Below, piece by piece: positions 10,861 through 23,314 of a stretch of 59,020 bases of DNA. Every line of letters begins with the position of its first letter. Positions within the stretch are counted from its first letter, which is position 1. The DNA lies in assembly GCF_001194135.2 (NCBI RefSeq), contig NC_068998.1, positions 13,655,432 to 13,714,451 of the forward strand, written 5' to 3'. The notes beneath the pieces were generated by a model. The model searched no databases, was not told the DNA's origin, and saw only the letters and a program-made list of their open reading frames with translations. A program made the position numbers and the translations under genes. The DNA comes from Octopus bimaculoides. Taxonomy: Eukaryota.

Positions 10861-13800
10861 AAATTTGACTAGGGACTGGTAGTGCTGCCATCCATAGTTG
10901 CTTTCAAAGAGAGGGACAGAGAGAGAGAGAGAAGAGAGGGAGAGAGAGAGAGAAGAGAGAGAGAGAGAAAGAGAGAGAGAGTTTACTAAAAAAAGAGAAG
11001 GGAGGGTGAAGATTCCCTTTAAGGGAAGAGAACTGCTTCAGGGTTTATGATTATTATTATTATTACTATTATTATTATTATTATGAGAGGACTTTTTCTT
11101 ATGAGTGAGAGAACATATGAAATAATATTTCCATGCAATCAATTTTTTTTTCTTTTTAAGTGTCCTAGTAGTTGTAGATAACACAATTTCCCCCTTCTTA
11201 TGGGCTCTTCAGTACAACATAACTTGAGATAATGAAATTGTTGGTCTATATTCATTTAAGACCTTTTGGAATTATATATGATCAATTTTCTTTTCTTCTT
11301 TTTCTCCCTTACTCTCCTAACATTAGAGAAAAAGAGTGAAGTGGTAGAGGAAAGTACCAAATGCTTTGAAATTTTAAAAATTAATGCAAACAAATGCAGT
11401 GCATTTCAACAGAAATATGATGACAAAGGGGTTGAGAGTAATCATATTTACTCAGTTTTATTAGCCTTGAAATGATGAGAGACAAGGATGTACTCAGCAG
11501 GATCTGATCTCAAAATATAACTAAATACCACAGATATTCACCTGACATTCTGAAGATTCTATCAATCCACTCTATAAGTACCAATATGAACCCATTGGTT
11601 TGCTTATTTTAATAATAATCTTTTATTTCACCTACAGCTAGTTCAGAAAAATAAATTAATATTTTCTTTCTTTATCTTAAACCTGGCAGTTGCAAAAATT
11701 TCAATATTTTCATTTAATTTACCTCTAGCTGCTACACAAATTAATACCCTATTGTCTATTGAATGTACTAATATTTGTTAATTAGGTATGTTTCCTCCTA
11801 ATCCTCTATAAACTTTCATTATGACTGACAAAGCTTTTCTCTGAGTTATTCATTTGGTAAAATAACTGAAAAGGAAGTGAAATTTTATCTTTTCGTATTG
11901 AATGTATTGAATGATGGTAACATTTCAAGAGTTATACACTAACATTTTTAACAAGAGCAAATTCTTGTGATCAATTTGTTAGATAATATTTTAATGACTT
12001 CGAAAGAAATAGAAATTTATTCTAAAATACTGAAGCCTAGATCTTAGAGAGCAATATGCAGATGTTTTTAGCTTTATATCATTTAAACAGAATCCTCCAG
12101 TTTAGAAGTTAGAGTACAAATTGCTTTGCTTGCATTCTTCTCAACAAATTTTACCCAATCCCATATTGCTTGGAGTTTTTATAATTTGTTTTAATAATTC
12201 TGTATTTCAATGGTCTCCATAAATATTTCCAGCCTTTAGCTTTTCCTTAATATAACTATGAAAATCCGAACAAAATATTTGAAACAATAACCATTTTTAT
12301 CTTCAGCTTTTTATGGCTCTTGGAAATAACATTTCTTCCTGCTTCTATACAAATGGAATTTCAAAATTCAATATTCCAAGACAAGCAAAATATATACCTT
12401 TCTAATAAATTCTTGTAGCTGTTTTGTAAATGGTAAAACGTCCATAAACATTGTCCAAAACATTTAATAAATGATGCCACTTTGTACAAACAAATGGCTC
12501 GTATTTAAATATTGATTGGTTACAAGAAGAATTTAACATATAAATATGCAAATAAATGTTGATTTTTAGTGAACACAATAAACAATATCATAACAACTCA
12601 CATTCCGTTCTAGCTATACCAGACAGATTTTTGTTACTCAGGTCATGAATTTTACAGACAGAAAATTTATAATGAAAACAAAGTAATTATATTCCTTTAT
12701 TATTTTACTTCAAATATTTCCATACATCTTCAAATATATCAATACAGGATGCTAAATGTGTTAAATCACACCATCAGATCTAAGTTTTACTCATCATCAT
12801 CATCATCATCATCATGTAACTTCTATGACCTTGCATAAATCAAATGGAGTTTGTTCAGGCAGATTTCTACAGCTGGATGCTCTTTCTGTTGCTAACTTAT
12901 ACCTGGCTAGACATTTTAAAAAACAAAATAGCAAACAAAGCATACTACATGTATGATGCCAATATTTGTTCACAATTAACATGCAATTTTGAGAAAAAGA
13001 GACAAGAATACATACACCTGTGTACATACAGACATGTATATGTAAGTACATGAGTGTGCATGTGTGTGTGTATATTTATAAATATACACACACACATATA
13101 TATATATGTATGTATGCAGTATGTATATATATATAGATATAAATATAAACCAGGGAGCTTGACAAAATTAACTAAATTAGCATAGAATAATGGTTTCATA
13201 TTTTTTTTATAATTAAGATCTAAACTGTTAATATATGAATGCGAAAGAGATAGTTGAATAACTGTAAACCTACTTTTGGGCCACCCAATATATTGCACTT
13301 TGCTACAATTAATCATACTTTCATAGGTTCAGTGCATAAAAAGCCCTCCTGTTTTCTTAATATTTAAATATCCAACTTATCTTATGACCATAAAAGGTTT
13401 ATTTTTATGCCACATATCAATGGTGCAAAATGGCTTGCTTTACTAGTCTCATGGATTGGACTGTGGCTATGGCAAGACACTATCTTGAAGGATCTTAGTT
13501 GATTATATGATGCCACAATATACTTAGTAGGGTGTTTATGTTATGGATCTCTATTCAGAATATGGCTAAGTTTACAGTTTGACATTGCTGCATGGTAAAC
13601 AATTGACAAATTCATATGATATATAGGAACTCATTTATTATGCAGAGTGTTTAGCTGTCATAGCTGACTCCCTATTCCCTCCTCTAAACAGATAACTAAA
13701 ACATATTGAACTAGCTACAAATCTGCATAAGAATTACCGAGTTATTTATAACAGACATATCTAAACAGAGTTGTATAAACACAGCATTCTAGCATTTCTT

Positions 13801-14201
13801 ACAAAACATTTTGTTTTTAGGAAGCATTGATTTTTATAGCACATATTTCACATAGATTTTTTATCACTTGTTACTCGCATTTATGCATATATTTTATGAA
13901 AGGCAGCCTTGTAAAATACCATCAAATAAATAAAATGTAAGTCAATTTATATGTATGCTACACAGTTCTATTCTTTGTTGTTTGAGACCAAGGTGCATAG
14001 AATTTGAGAGTGAAATACTGGAAAGCTAATTATAGATTTGAGAAAACAATTTAATTTAATATTATATTTAAGCACCACCTAGATATTAAAAGCAAACAAA
14101 AAAACCTGTCTGGCCTAGGTCTGGGCATAAATATGCAGATTGATGTACACACACACACACACTTGCACGTGCATACATATACATACATATATATATATAG
14201 A

Positions 14202-14510
14202 AATGGTTGTTGCCATTTTTGCATGGCTGTTCCATGCAGAGCAAATATTACTACATTTTAACCCCAGGGAAACATCTTTTCCTGCTGGTTAACAACACAC
14301 AGCCTGTGTCTGTTTTATTGCGAGTAAGGGAGCGAGCCACTCCCACTCCAGCATAGCAAGACCAGTAGATCAGCTGGTTTCTGGGTGCATTCCTATCCTT
14401 GATACTGGACACTGGATGTTAAACCAGTGGGAAAAGATGTATTCCTCGGGTTAAAATGTAGTAACATCTGTTCTGCATGGAACGGCCACATAGAAGTGGT
14501 AACAAACATT
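14202..14510. mobile_element. Foldback (MITE-like) element with ~93 bp imperfect inverted arms
   Basis: 14202-14294 versus the reverse complement of 14417-14510 (shared GTTCCATGCAGA, TTACTACATTTTAACCC, ACATCTTTTCC); mismatches are mostly transitions. Confidence 0.85.
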
Positions 14511-14639
14511 ACTGTTTAGTACTGTTATTATGTGAATCTCTTTCAGGGATTTTAAAACCAGCTATATATATATATATNNNNNNNNNNNNNNNNNNNNNNN
14601 NNNNNNNNNNNNNNNNNNNNNNNNNNNNNNNNNNNNNNN

Positions 14640-14811
14640 ACCCACTACACTCTCTGAGTGGTTGGCGTTAGGAAGGGCATCCAGCTGTAGAAACTCTGCC
14701 AAATCAGATTGGAGCCTGGTGTAGCCATCTGGTTCACCAGTCCTCAGTCAAATCGTCCAACCCATGCTAGCATGGAAAGCGGACGTTAAACGATGATGAT
14801 GATGATGATGA
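14640..14811 (+). mobile_element. Young RTE-LINE 3'-end copy abutting a gap
   Basis: Near-identical to 52210-52378, with (GAT)n tail. Confidence 0.9.
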
Positions 14812-14814
14812 TAT

Positions 14815-15050
14815 AGGTGCAGGAGTGGCTGTGTGGTAAGTAGCTTGCTTACCAACCACATGGTTCCAGGTTCAGTCCTACTGCGTGGCATCTTGGGCAA
14901 GTGTCTTCTACTATGGCCTCAGGCCGACCAAATGTATATGTTTGTGTGTCTGTGTTTGTCCCCACCCCAACATCGCTTGACAACCGATGCTGGTGTGCTT
15001 ACATCCCTGTCACTTAGCGGTTTGGCGAAAGAGATTAATAGAATAAAAGA
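14815..15050 (+). mobile_element. SINE family B (tRNA head plus CORE-like box), internally deleted
   Basis: GGTGCAGGAGTGGCTGTGTGGTAAGTAGC...GGTTCAGTCC...GGCATCTTGGGCAAGTGTCTT; aligns with 22423 and 56077. Confidence 0.85.
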
Positions 15051-15077
15051 AAAGAATAATATATATATATATATATC

Positions 15078-15215
15078 TTAGGTCTTGGGTCCTCCTGCAC
15101 TATGTGGTGCATTGAGTGGCAAGGCTTCTCCAGCACAGTCGGTCGGCTGCGGTGATTTCAGCTTCATCTCATGATATGTCAATGGCTTTGAGGTGCATTT
15201 AGGGCAATAGCAGTC
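15078..15215 (-). pseudogene. C-terminal fragment of an RTE ORF from a second subfamily
   Basis: Minus strand reads LKAIDIS*DEAEITAADRLCWRSLATQC, resembling the RTE C-terminal W-x2-A-x3-A-x-DR-x2-WR motif; contains an in-frame stop. Confidence 0.6.
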
Positions 15216-16024
15216 TAAACACTCAATAATACATTACAGGATAATTAGTTTAGTGTGTTTAAATGTTGAGTAGAGCACTGGCACAGTTTAGGCTACCTGT
15301 GGTCATTTGTAGTTGTGGTACACTTCTGTTGGATCTACTTCAGGAACTCTGCTGTAGCAGTTAGGATAAGAGTATTAACTAGTATTACTTAATAAATGTC
15401 TGATACGAAATCCATCTCATACTATTAATTAATACTATTATATATATACATATATATATANNNNNNNNNNNNNNNNNNNNNNNNNNNNNNNNNNNNNNNN
15501 NNNNNNNNNNNNNNNNNNNNNNNNNNNNNNNNNNNNNNNNNNNNNNNNNNNNNNNNNNNNNNNNNNNNNNNNNNNNNNNNNNNNNNNNNNNNNNNNNNNN
15601 NNNNNNNNNNNNNNNNNNNNNNNNNNNNNNNNNNNNNNNNNNNNNNNNNNNNNNNNNNNNNNNNNNNNNNNNNNNNNNNNNNNNNNNNNNNNNNNNNNNN
15701 NNNNNNNNNNNNNNNNNNNNNNNNNNNNNNNNNNNNNNNNNNNNNNNNNNNNNNNNNNNNNNNNNNNNNNNNNNNNNNNNNNNNNNNNNNNNNNNNNNNN
15801 NNNNNNNNNNNNNNNNNNNNNNNNNNNNNNNNNNNNNNNNNNNNNNNNNNNNNNNNNNNNNNNNNNNNNNNNNNNNNNNNNNNNNNNNNNNNNNNNNNNN
15901 NNNNNNNNNNNNNNNNNNNNNNNNNNNNNNNNNNNNNNNNNNNNNNNNNNNNNNNNNNNNNNNNNNNNNNNNNNNNNNNTATATATATATGCATGCACAC
16001 ACACACACACACACACACAGAAAG

Positions 16025-16160
16025 ACGCTTGCTTCCCAGGAACGTGGTTCTGGGTTTAGGCCCACCACATGGCATCTTGAGCAAGTGTTTTCTGTAGTGC
16101 AAGACCAATCAATACCTTGTGAGTGGAACTGTTTAAGGGAAACTGAAAGAAGCCCACTGA
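16025..16160 (+). mobile_element. Decayed SINE family B, 5' part
   Basis: GGCATCTTGAGCAAGTGTTTTCT...CCTTGTGAGTGG...GGAAACTGAAAGAAGCCC. Confidence 0.7.
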
Positions 16161-16952
16161 ATATATTTGAGGTTTATCGTATTTGCCGAAGTTGTACTGA
16201 GGAATACACTTAATAGATATGTCATATAAGTATGCAAACAAGCCTGAAAAACTAGCATATTTAAAAAAAAAAATACATCACTAAAGTTAATTAATTACAT
16301 TTCATGATCTTAAAGATTGTTGAAAAAGAATATTCGTCTCATAGCCTGTAATGTATTATTGGGTGTTTAAACTGCTATCTCCATAAATGAACTCTGAAAT
16401 GGAATAAGTAGAGCTTTTTATGGCTAATATATTACTTTTCAAAGAATATTATACACAATTTCCTTATATATGACTTAGAATATTTTTGATAAATTATGCA
16501 TATTTCTATATACAAATATGCACACTGCTGCATATACACACACATATTAATGTATGCATGTGCATGCATAGACATATGAAGCCATGCATTTCCACACACA
16601 TGCATACCTGCATGTTGCACGCAAGAAAACACACAGTGGTATGATGCATGTAGATAAAAAATAACTAAATACGGAAGCACTCCTTATATACTAAGCCCAT
16701 TCTAATCAAAATAAATTCTAGTTTTTATCATCCATAACATAATCCAATCAAGATAATCTGCTATACTTATGGAAGAAAATTATTTAAGTTGTATGTGTGG
16801 GGTTTGGGTAGGAATAACTTTAGTAGTTCTTTTTGTCCTAGAATTCAGAAAGAACATTTCAAAGAATATGGAAAATAAAAAGTTCAGAAGTAAAACGGAT
16901 TATTAATTTTGTTTTTTGTTTAAACAGATCTCTCTCACTGCCATTTTCTTGC

Positions 16953-16991
<39 letters not shown>

Positions 16992-17049
16992 TTCTTCCTC
17001 TCCCTCTCTCTTTTCTCTCTCTCTCCCTCTCTCTTTCTCCATATGTGTC

Positions 17050-17300
17050 TGTGTGTATGTGTGTGGTTTAAGAGTTTGCTTCCCAACCACATGCTTTTGG
17101 GTTCAGTCTCACTGTGTGACACTTTGGGTTAGCATCTCCAGCTAAGGTCTGGTACAAGCCAAGTCCTTTGAGAAGATTTGATAGATGGAAACCGAAAGAA
17201 GCCCATTGTATATGCATGGTGGGATGCATCCCCTTATCTTGAAATAGTGCGATAGTTGTAAATGAGTGTCACTGTTATACAAGCAGTGTCATCCATTTTT
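17050..17300 (+). mobile_element. Decayed SINE family B, 5' part
   Basis: GTGTGGTTTAAGAGTTTGCTTCCCAACCACATG...GGGTTCAGTC...GGAAACCGAAAGAAGCCC. Confidence 0.7.
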
Positions 17301-18227
17301 AACAATAAATGCAACCATTTTTTCTTTGCATATTTAATCATTTTTCCTTTGTGGTAGCCTTATTAGATTTGACTTAATTCAGTGAGGTCTTTAATTATAA
17401 AGGTGTTCCCCCACACGTGTCTAAAATTGTAAGATATGGTCAGCAGAGTTATCTACATTTACAATATTGGTTATTTAACTCCAGATTGTAGGAGATGTAT
17501 TAGTAGTAAAATTCTTTGTCATATAGTAACTATTACTGATTCTCGAACTCAGTTGGCATCTACTTTCAGCTTTTTTAGTCAAAGAGAGTTTCATAAGTTT
17601 TTCTTTTATTGGTTTAAATTATTATGTAATTCAAAAAAGAGAGGCAGTACACATCCCTTTTGCAGATGGTTTTAAATAGGAGAAGCTGGCGTGGTTGCTG
17701 TTGAATTTGACATTTTTCAAGTTAATTCTGCATGCAGATGGTATCTTTGAATTATTTGATCTCTATGCCTGCATAGGAAGCAGATGTAAAATGTTGGTGA
17801 TGATGATGATGATGAATTATATTTGTGATATTACATAAATTTTCTTTTAAAAAAGCCTTTTAAAATAATGTTATTTCTTAATGTTTTTGCAATATTTATT
17901 ATAATAGATTGATTTTTTTAATGCATTTATTTTGAATATTTAGTACACACACACACACACACACACGAACACTCATATGTTTGAATTGGTTATGATGTAC
18001 ACTGAAAAGAGTTGAGCATAGAGGACAATCCCCGGCATCCTTTTTTCCAAGAAGGGAGACGTAGTGGTTGAGGGCTTAACAACCTATAAGCAGCAGATTG
18101 GCAGAGTCATTAGAGATTCAAGAATACAACATGGTATTTGTCTCAGTTCTCTGTCATGAGTTCAAATTCTGCCTTGGCCAACTTCAGTGGTAGTTTTACC
18201 ATTTATACTCATGTATAAGTTGCACTA

Positions 18228-18548
18228 GTGAAGGCTCATGGCTTGGTGGTTAGGGTAGTCAACTTACAATAATAAGGCTGTGAGTTCGATTCCTGGTGGT
18301 GTGTTGCGTCCTTGAGCAAGACACTTTATTTCACAATACTTCAGTCCACTCAACTGGCAAAAATGAGCAGTACCTGTATTTCAAAGGGCCACCCTTGTCA
18401 CATTCTGTGTCACACTGAATCTCCCTGAGAACTACATTAGAGGTATGCATGTCTGTGGAGTGCTCAGCCACATGCACGTTAATTTCATGAGCTGGCTGTT
18501 CCATTGATCAGATCAGCTGGAACCCTTGTCGTCACGACCAACAGATTG
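18228..18548 (+). mobile_element. tRNA-derived SINE, family C, near full length
   Basis: A box GGCTTGGTGG, B box GAGTTCGATTCC, then GTGTTGCGTCCTTGAGCAAGACACTTTATTTCAC; aligns with 2358-2675. Confidence 0.85.
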
Positions 18549-19016
18549 TCACTATCATTTTCATATTTGATTTTAAATAAAGAAACAAAAAAAAAAAAGA
18601 ACTGTGAAGAGATGTATACATAAGGAAGATTTGATATCAAATTTGGATATGAAGGGAGAAAAGTTTTGTACCAAGATTTAACACTGAATTAGAGGTACAG
18701 CTTATACATGAGTACAAATGAGTGCAACTTATATACAATTAAACATGGCAATTCATTATTTGGTTTAATACTACTGCTTGATGCTTTAAGCACATTCCAC
18801 AGAGGCCCCTGTGCTGCAAGTATTTTGGCCATATTTCTAGTTTAAGGTTACTTTACTCTCTCTCTCTCTGACCTCCACAAGTTTCAGAACCCCGTGAAAG
18901 ATCATAGATACTTCCTTTCCTCCTGACTAAAATATAAAATGCATTTCCTCACAGAATAAAACTTGTTATCTCACTTGAACTATCCATGAAAGGACAATAT
19001 GCAATATAACACAGAA

Positions 19017-19410
19017 TCATCATTTAGTGTCTGCTTTCCATGCTGGCATGGGTTAGATGGTTTAACTGAAACTGGTTAGCTGGAGAGCTGCACCAGGTTG
19101 CAATCTGATTTGGTATGGTTTTTACAGCTGGATGCCCTTCCTGATGCCAACCACACCAAGAATGTAGTGGGTGCTTTTTACATGTCACAGGCATGGATGC
19201 TAGTTATGTGACACTGGCATTGGCCGTCACTATGATTTCACTTGGTTTAACTTGTCTTCTCAAGCACAGCATATCACCAAAAATCTTGGTCACTTATCAT
19301 TGCCTCCATGAGGCCCAATGTTCAAAGAGTGCATTTTACATGTCACTGGCACAGGTGCCAGTTGCATGACACCAGTATCAGCCATGATTGTGATTTCACT
19401 TGGCTTGATT
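19017..19410 (-). mobile_element. RTE-LINE 3'-end copy, older
   Basis: CATCATTTAGTGTCTGCTTTCCATGCTGGCATGGG...CAGCTGGATGCCCTTCC with internal TGTCACTGGCAC units. Confidence 0.8.
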
Positions 19411-20196
19411 GGTAAGATAAAAGAAGATACGATAAAGAATATCCTTTCATTTCTCACTACATATAACTTTCTACTTAGCTTTTCAATGCCCTTTATTTTA
19501 ATGTTCCTATTCTAAATATGTTTATACTATCTTATCCTTTGTTCTTCACGTAGACAGCATCTCTAGAAATTCAATTTTCATATGCCAACAAATACAGAAC
19601 TCCATATATTCATTTACTGAATCTTTATAATCACAACTTTATAGCAAGAAAGGAGAAGGATATGTTTCACTGATGAGATGAAAATAACATTGAGACATGT
19701 TCAGAAGTGGTGCTTTACGCCTCACAAGAAATATAAACATTAGTCATTGACAAATATCAATTCTTTTTTTTTTCCTTATCTAACCTCTTATTTATTTCTA
19801 GTTGACTTATAAATGCTGCACATATTAAATATGTTAACACTAATTTGACTAACACCAATCTCGCTCTGATGGGAATAAATGCTGCTGCTTACCCTGCTCT
19901 TATCAGAATTTTATTTCACTGCATCTTTGACACATGGCAAAATTCCAACTGATATATTCTATCTGATAAAATTCCCAGTTTTTCTATAAAGTTAAGTCTC
20001 AGAACTTAATGTGTACTTTTACTGAGAACACTCTCTTGAGAAAGTAGCTTGTTTGAAGAGTCAGTTATGCAAGGAGATTATTTTTTCATTTGCTTAATTT
20101 CGCGGTTTACTAAATTTGATATCTTAGCTGTAGATATACGCTCACACAACCAGCAACAACAACAACACACGCAGGCACACACACACACACACACAC

Positions 20197-20400
20197 ATCA
20201 TCATCATTTAACGTCCGTTTTCCATGCGAGCATGGGTTGATGGATTGACAAGAACTGGCTGCACCAGACTCCATAGTCTGCTTTGACTTGGTTTCTACAG
20301 CTGGATGGCCTTTCAAATACCAACCACTTTACAGAGTGTACTGGGTGCTTTTAACATGGAACCAGCACCCACACTGATGCTTTTTTATGTGGGACCTTGG
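20197..20400 (-). mobile_element. RTE-LINE 3'-end copy
   Basis: CATCATCATCATTTAACGTCCGTTTTCCATGC...CTACAGCTGGATGGCC. Confidence 0.8.
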
Positions 20401-21292
20401 TTTTAGGATCTCAATTTCGTTGTGATAGGCGGGTTTTCTTGACTACAGCAATGTCCTACATACCTTGGTCCTCTGTCATCTCCTTCATAAGGCTCAGTGT
20501 TCATATACATACATACATACATATATATATANNNNNNNNNNNNNNNNNNNNNNNNNNNNNNNNNNNNNNNNNNNNNNNNNNNNNNNNNNNNNNNNNNNNN
20601 NNNNNNNNNNNNNNNNNNNNNNNNNNNNNNNNNNNNNNNNNNNNNNNNNNNNNNNNNNNNNNNNNNNNNNNNNNNNNNTATATAAAATACAAAATGGGAC
20701 AAGAACGCAAAATGTAATCGACTTAATCCCTTTGTCTATCCTTGTTTGTCCCCTCTATGTTTAGCCCCCCCCCCCCGTGGGCAATACAGAAATAAATACA
20801 CACACACACATACACACATTACACACACATCATTCAAAATCAGTGAGAAAGAGCAACTGTTCTAAACTTATAGCTTTCCTACTCAAATAATATTTTACAT
20901 TTGCACCTATATTTAATGGAATACTTGTGTAGTTCCCTAAATGTCTAGATGGTAACATTACAAAATCAGCTGGTGAGGTTTAGACAACAAAAGTGACCAA
21001 GACCGATTATCATATGCTTTGCAAATACAATCTCTATAGAGAAGAGTGAAATTATGCAAGGCTTTTACAAAGTTTAGCATGTAAACCTTTCCCATGGCTA
21101 TTGTTCAAATTCTAGCAACCATGGAGCTTTGTTTCATTATTATAAATCAGCTTCTTTTCTATAGGAAGAAGTCAAAGAATCAAAGGAAAGAAACTTAGCA
21201 TATTTCCATACATTCATCTGTGCAAACATACATATGCCTATACAAACATGTGTATCCAAACTTACAATTATGTATCCAAATATGCACATATC

Positions 21293-21371
<79 letters not shown>

Positions 21372-21373
<2 letters not shown>

Positions 21374-21537
21374 TCTGAGTGGTTGGCGTTAGGAAGGGCA
21401 TCCAGCTGTAGAAACTCTGCCAAATTAGATTGGAGCCTGGTGTTGCCATCCGGTTTCACCAGTCCTCAGTCAAATCGTCCAACCCATGCTAGCATGGAAA
21501 GCGGACGTTAAACGATGATGATGATGATGATGATGAT
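21372..21537 (+). mobile_element. Young RTE-LINE 3'-end copy inside a (TA)n tract
   Basis: Near-identical to 52220-52378, with (TA)n on both sides. Confidence 0.9.
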
Positions 21538-22164
21538 ATATATATAATTTTCCAGAGGACCAAAATCCAATGGACCAGTCACTGGATAATTTTGGGCACA
21601 GAAATGTTGACATAGAGTGGTAAATAAATCGATCTTGGATATATCGAGTTTGAAGTTTCTATTTCTTTTAAATATACGAATTTAAAAGTTAAAAACCTTG
21701 AAATATATATATATATATATATATATGCATTCATATATCCATACAAACATAAATATATCTATCTAAACATACATACATACATAGAGGTGATAGAATCATA
21801 TATATTTATATATATACATAATAATATTAGGGACAAAATCCAAAATTACAGGTAAAAACTCAATTAAAATCAATTCATAAAAAATTAAAATTAAATTGAG
21901 CTTTATAGATAAGATATATATAAAATATATAAAATATATATAAAATAACTTGGTTATTTTCCCTAAAACTATATATATTATATACATATACATATATATA
22001 TATCATTATTTTCATATTCATGCAAATAGAGTGTTCAATATGCAAAACATGTATATAAGATTTAAGTGTCGATTGCTGAAGGAATTCAGCATATATCAGG
22101 GTAACTCCAAAGTAACAGGCTACAGTATCAGCCCAAAATATTACTGTGCTCTAGTAATAAGCAC

Positions 22165-22345
22165 ATACATGGCTGTGAGGTTCAGATGTTTAGCTCCCAA
22201 CTATGTGGTTTCAGGTTCAGTCCCACAGCATGTCATGTGGGGTAAGTGCTTTCTATGATAGCACTAATCTACTATAGCACTAATCTACTATAGCACTAAT
22301 CTACTATAGCTTTCTACAAGGCTGATCAAAGCCTATGAGTAGATT
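22165..22345 (+). mobile_element. Decayed SINE family B 5' part with an internal 16-bp tandem triplication
   Basis: tRNA-like head followed by three copies of a CTATAGCACTAATCTA-type unit at about 22252-22310. Confidence 0.7.
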
Positions 22346-22422
22346 TGACACTCATGTTGTTCTCAATGGGAGAGTCTTATACACACACAATCACTCACAC
22401 ATACACACACATATGTATACAG

Positions 22423-22925
22423 TGCAGGCATGGTTGTGTGGTGAGAAGCTTGTCCCCCGACCACATGATTCCAGGTTGCCACTGCATGGCACCTTGGGCA
22501 AGTGTCTTCTACCATAGCCTCAGGCCAACCAAAGCCTTGTGAGTGGATTTGGTAAACAGAAACTGAAAGAAGCCATTACATATGTATGTATGTATGTATG
22601 TTATGTATGTATGTATGTATGCATGCAATGTATGTACGTACGTATATATGCACACATACACAGATGCATGCATGCATGTGTGTATGCATGTATGTATGTA
22701 TATCTGTGTGTGTCTTTGTGTCTGAGTTTGTTCCCTCACCACTGCTTGACAACCAGTGTTGGTGCATTTACATCCCCGTAACTTAACAGTTTGGCTAAAG
22801 ACATCAATAGAAAAAAGTACCAGACTTTAAAAAGAAGTTCTGGGATCAATTTATTCGACTAAAAATTCAAAGCAGTGCCCCAGCATGGCTGCAGTCTAAG
22901 GATTGAAACAAGATAAAAGATAAAG
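22423..22925 (+). mobile_element. SINE family B, near full length, with expanded internal (TATG)n
   Basis: Head, CORE-like GGCACCTTGGGCAAGTGTCTT, internal microsatellite, and tail CAGCATGGCTGCAGTC...GAAACAAGATAAAAG. Confidence 0.85.
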
Positions 22926-22938
22926 ATATATATTTATA

Positions 22939-23075
22939 TCCAGGGTGTGACTGGTAAACTGTCGCCATTTTATATTTTTAATTTCACACATGTACATTGT
23001 TTGCTTTTGATTTTGTCAGCTGCACAGTGTAGTAGGGTCAGTTGAGCACCATCTCTCTGTTTTCAAACCTAATAA
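22939..23075 (+). mobile_element. Probable Tc1/mariner-type terminal fragment
   Basis: Begins CAGGGTGTGACTGGTAAA, a Tc1/mariner-like terminus; no partner end found. Confidence 0.35.
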
Positions 23076-23281
23076 GATGTGTGTGTGTGTGTGTGTATGT
23101 CTTTGTGTCTGTGTTTGTCTGTGTTAGCAGTTCAGTGAAAGAGACTGATAGAGTAAGTACTAGGCTTAAGAAATAAGCCCTGGTATCAGTTTGTTGGACT
23201 AAAACACTTTAAGGAGGTGCCCCAGCATGGCTGCAGTCAAATGACTGAGACAAGTAAAGAAAAAAAAAGAAATATAAGTAC

Positions 23282-23314
<33 letters not shown>

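Noticed and set aside
15385-16108. ORFs containing long X runs (also 20397-20764, 23199-23554, 26526-26942, 27363-28550, 32485-33182, 51113-52309, 55149-55949)
   Set aside because: They are open only because they cross N gaps.
18228-18300. tRNA genes at A/B-box sites in SINE heads
   Set aside because: The boxes continue into SINE bodies, and I could not form a complete cloverleaf.
19660-19700. CTGATGA-GAT-GAAA flanked by a possible 8-bp stem (hammerhead-like)
   Set aside because: No stem II, no stem III and no correctly placed NUH triplet; probably chance.
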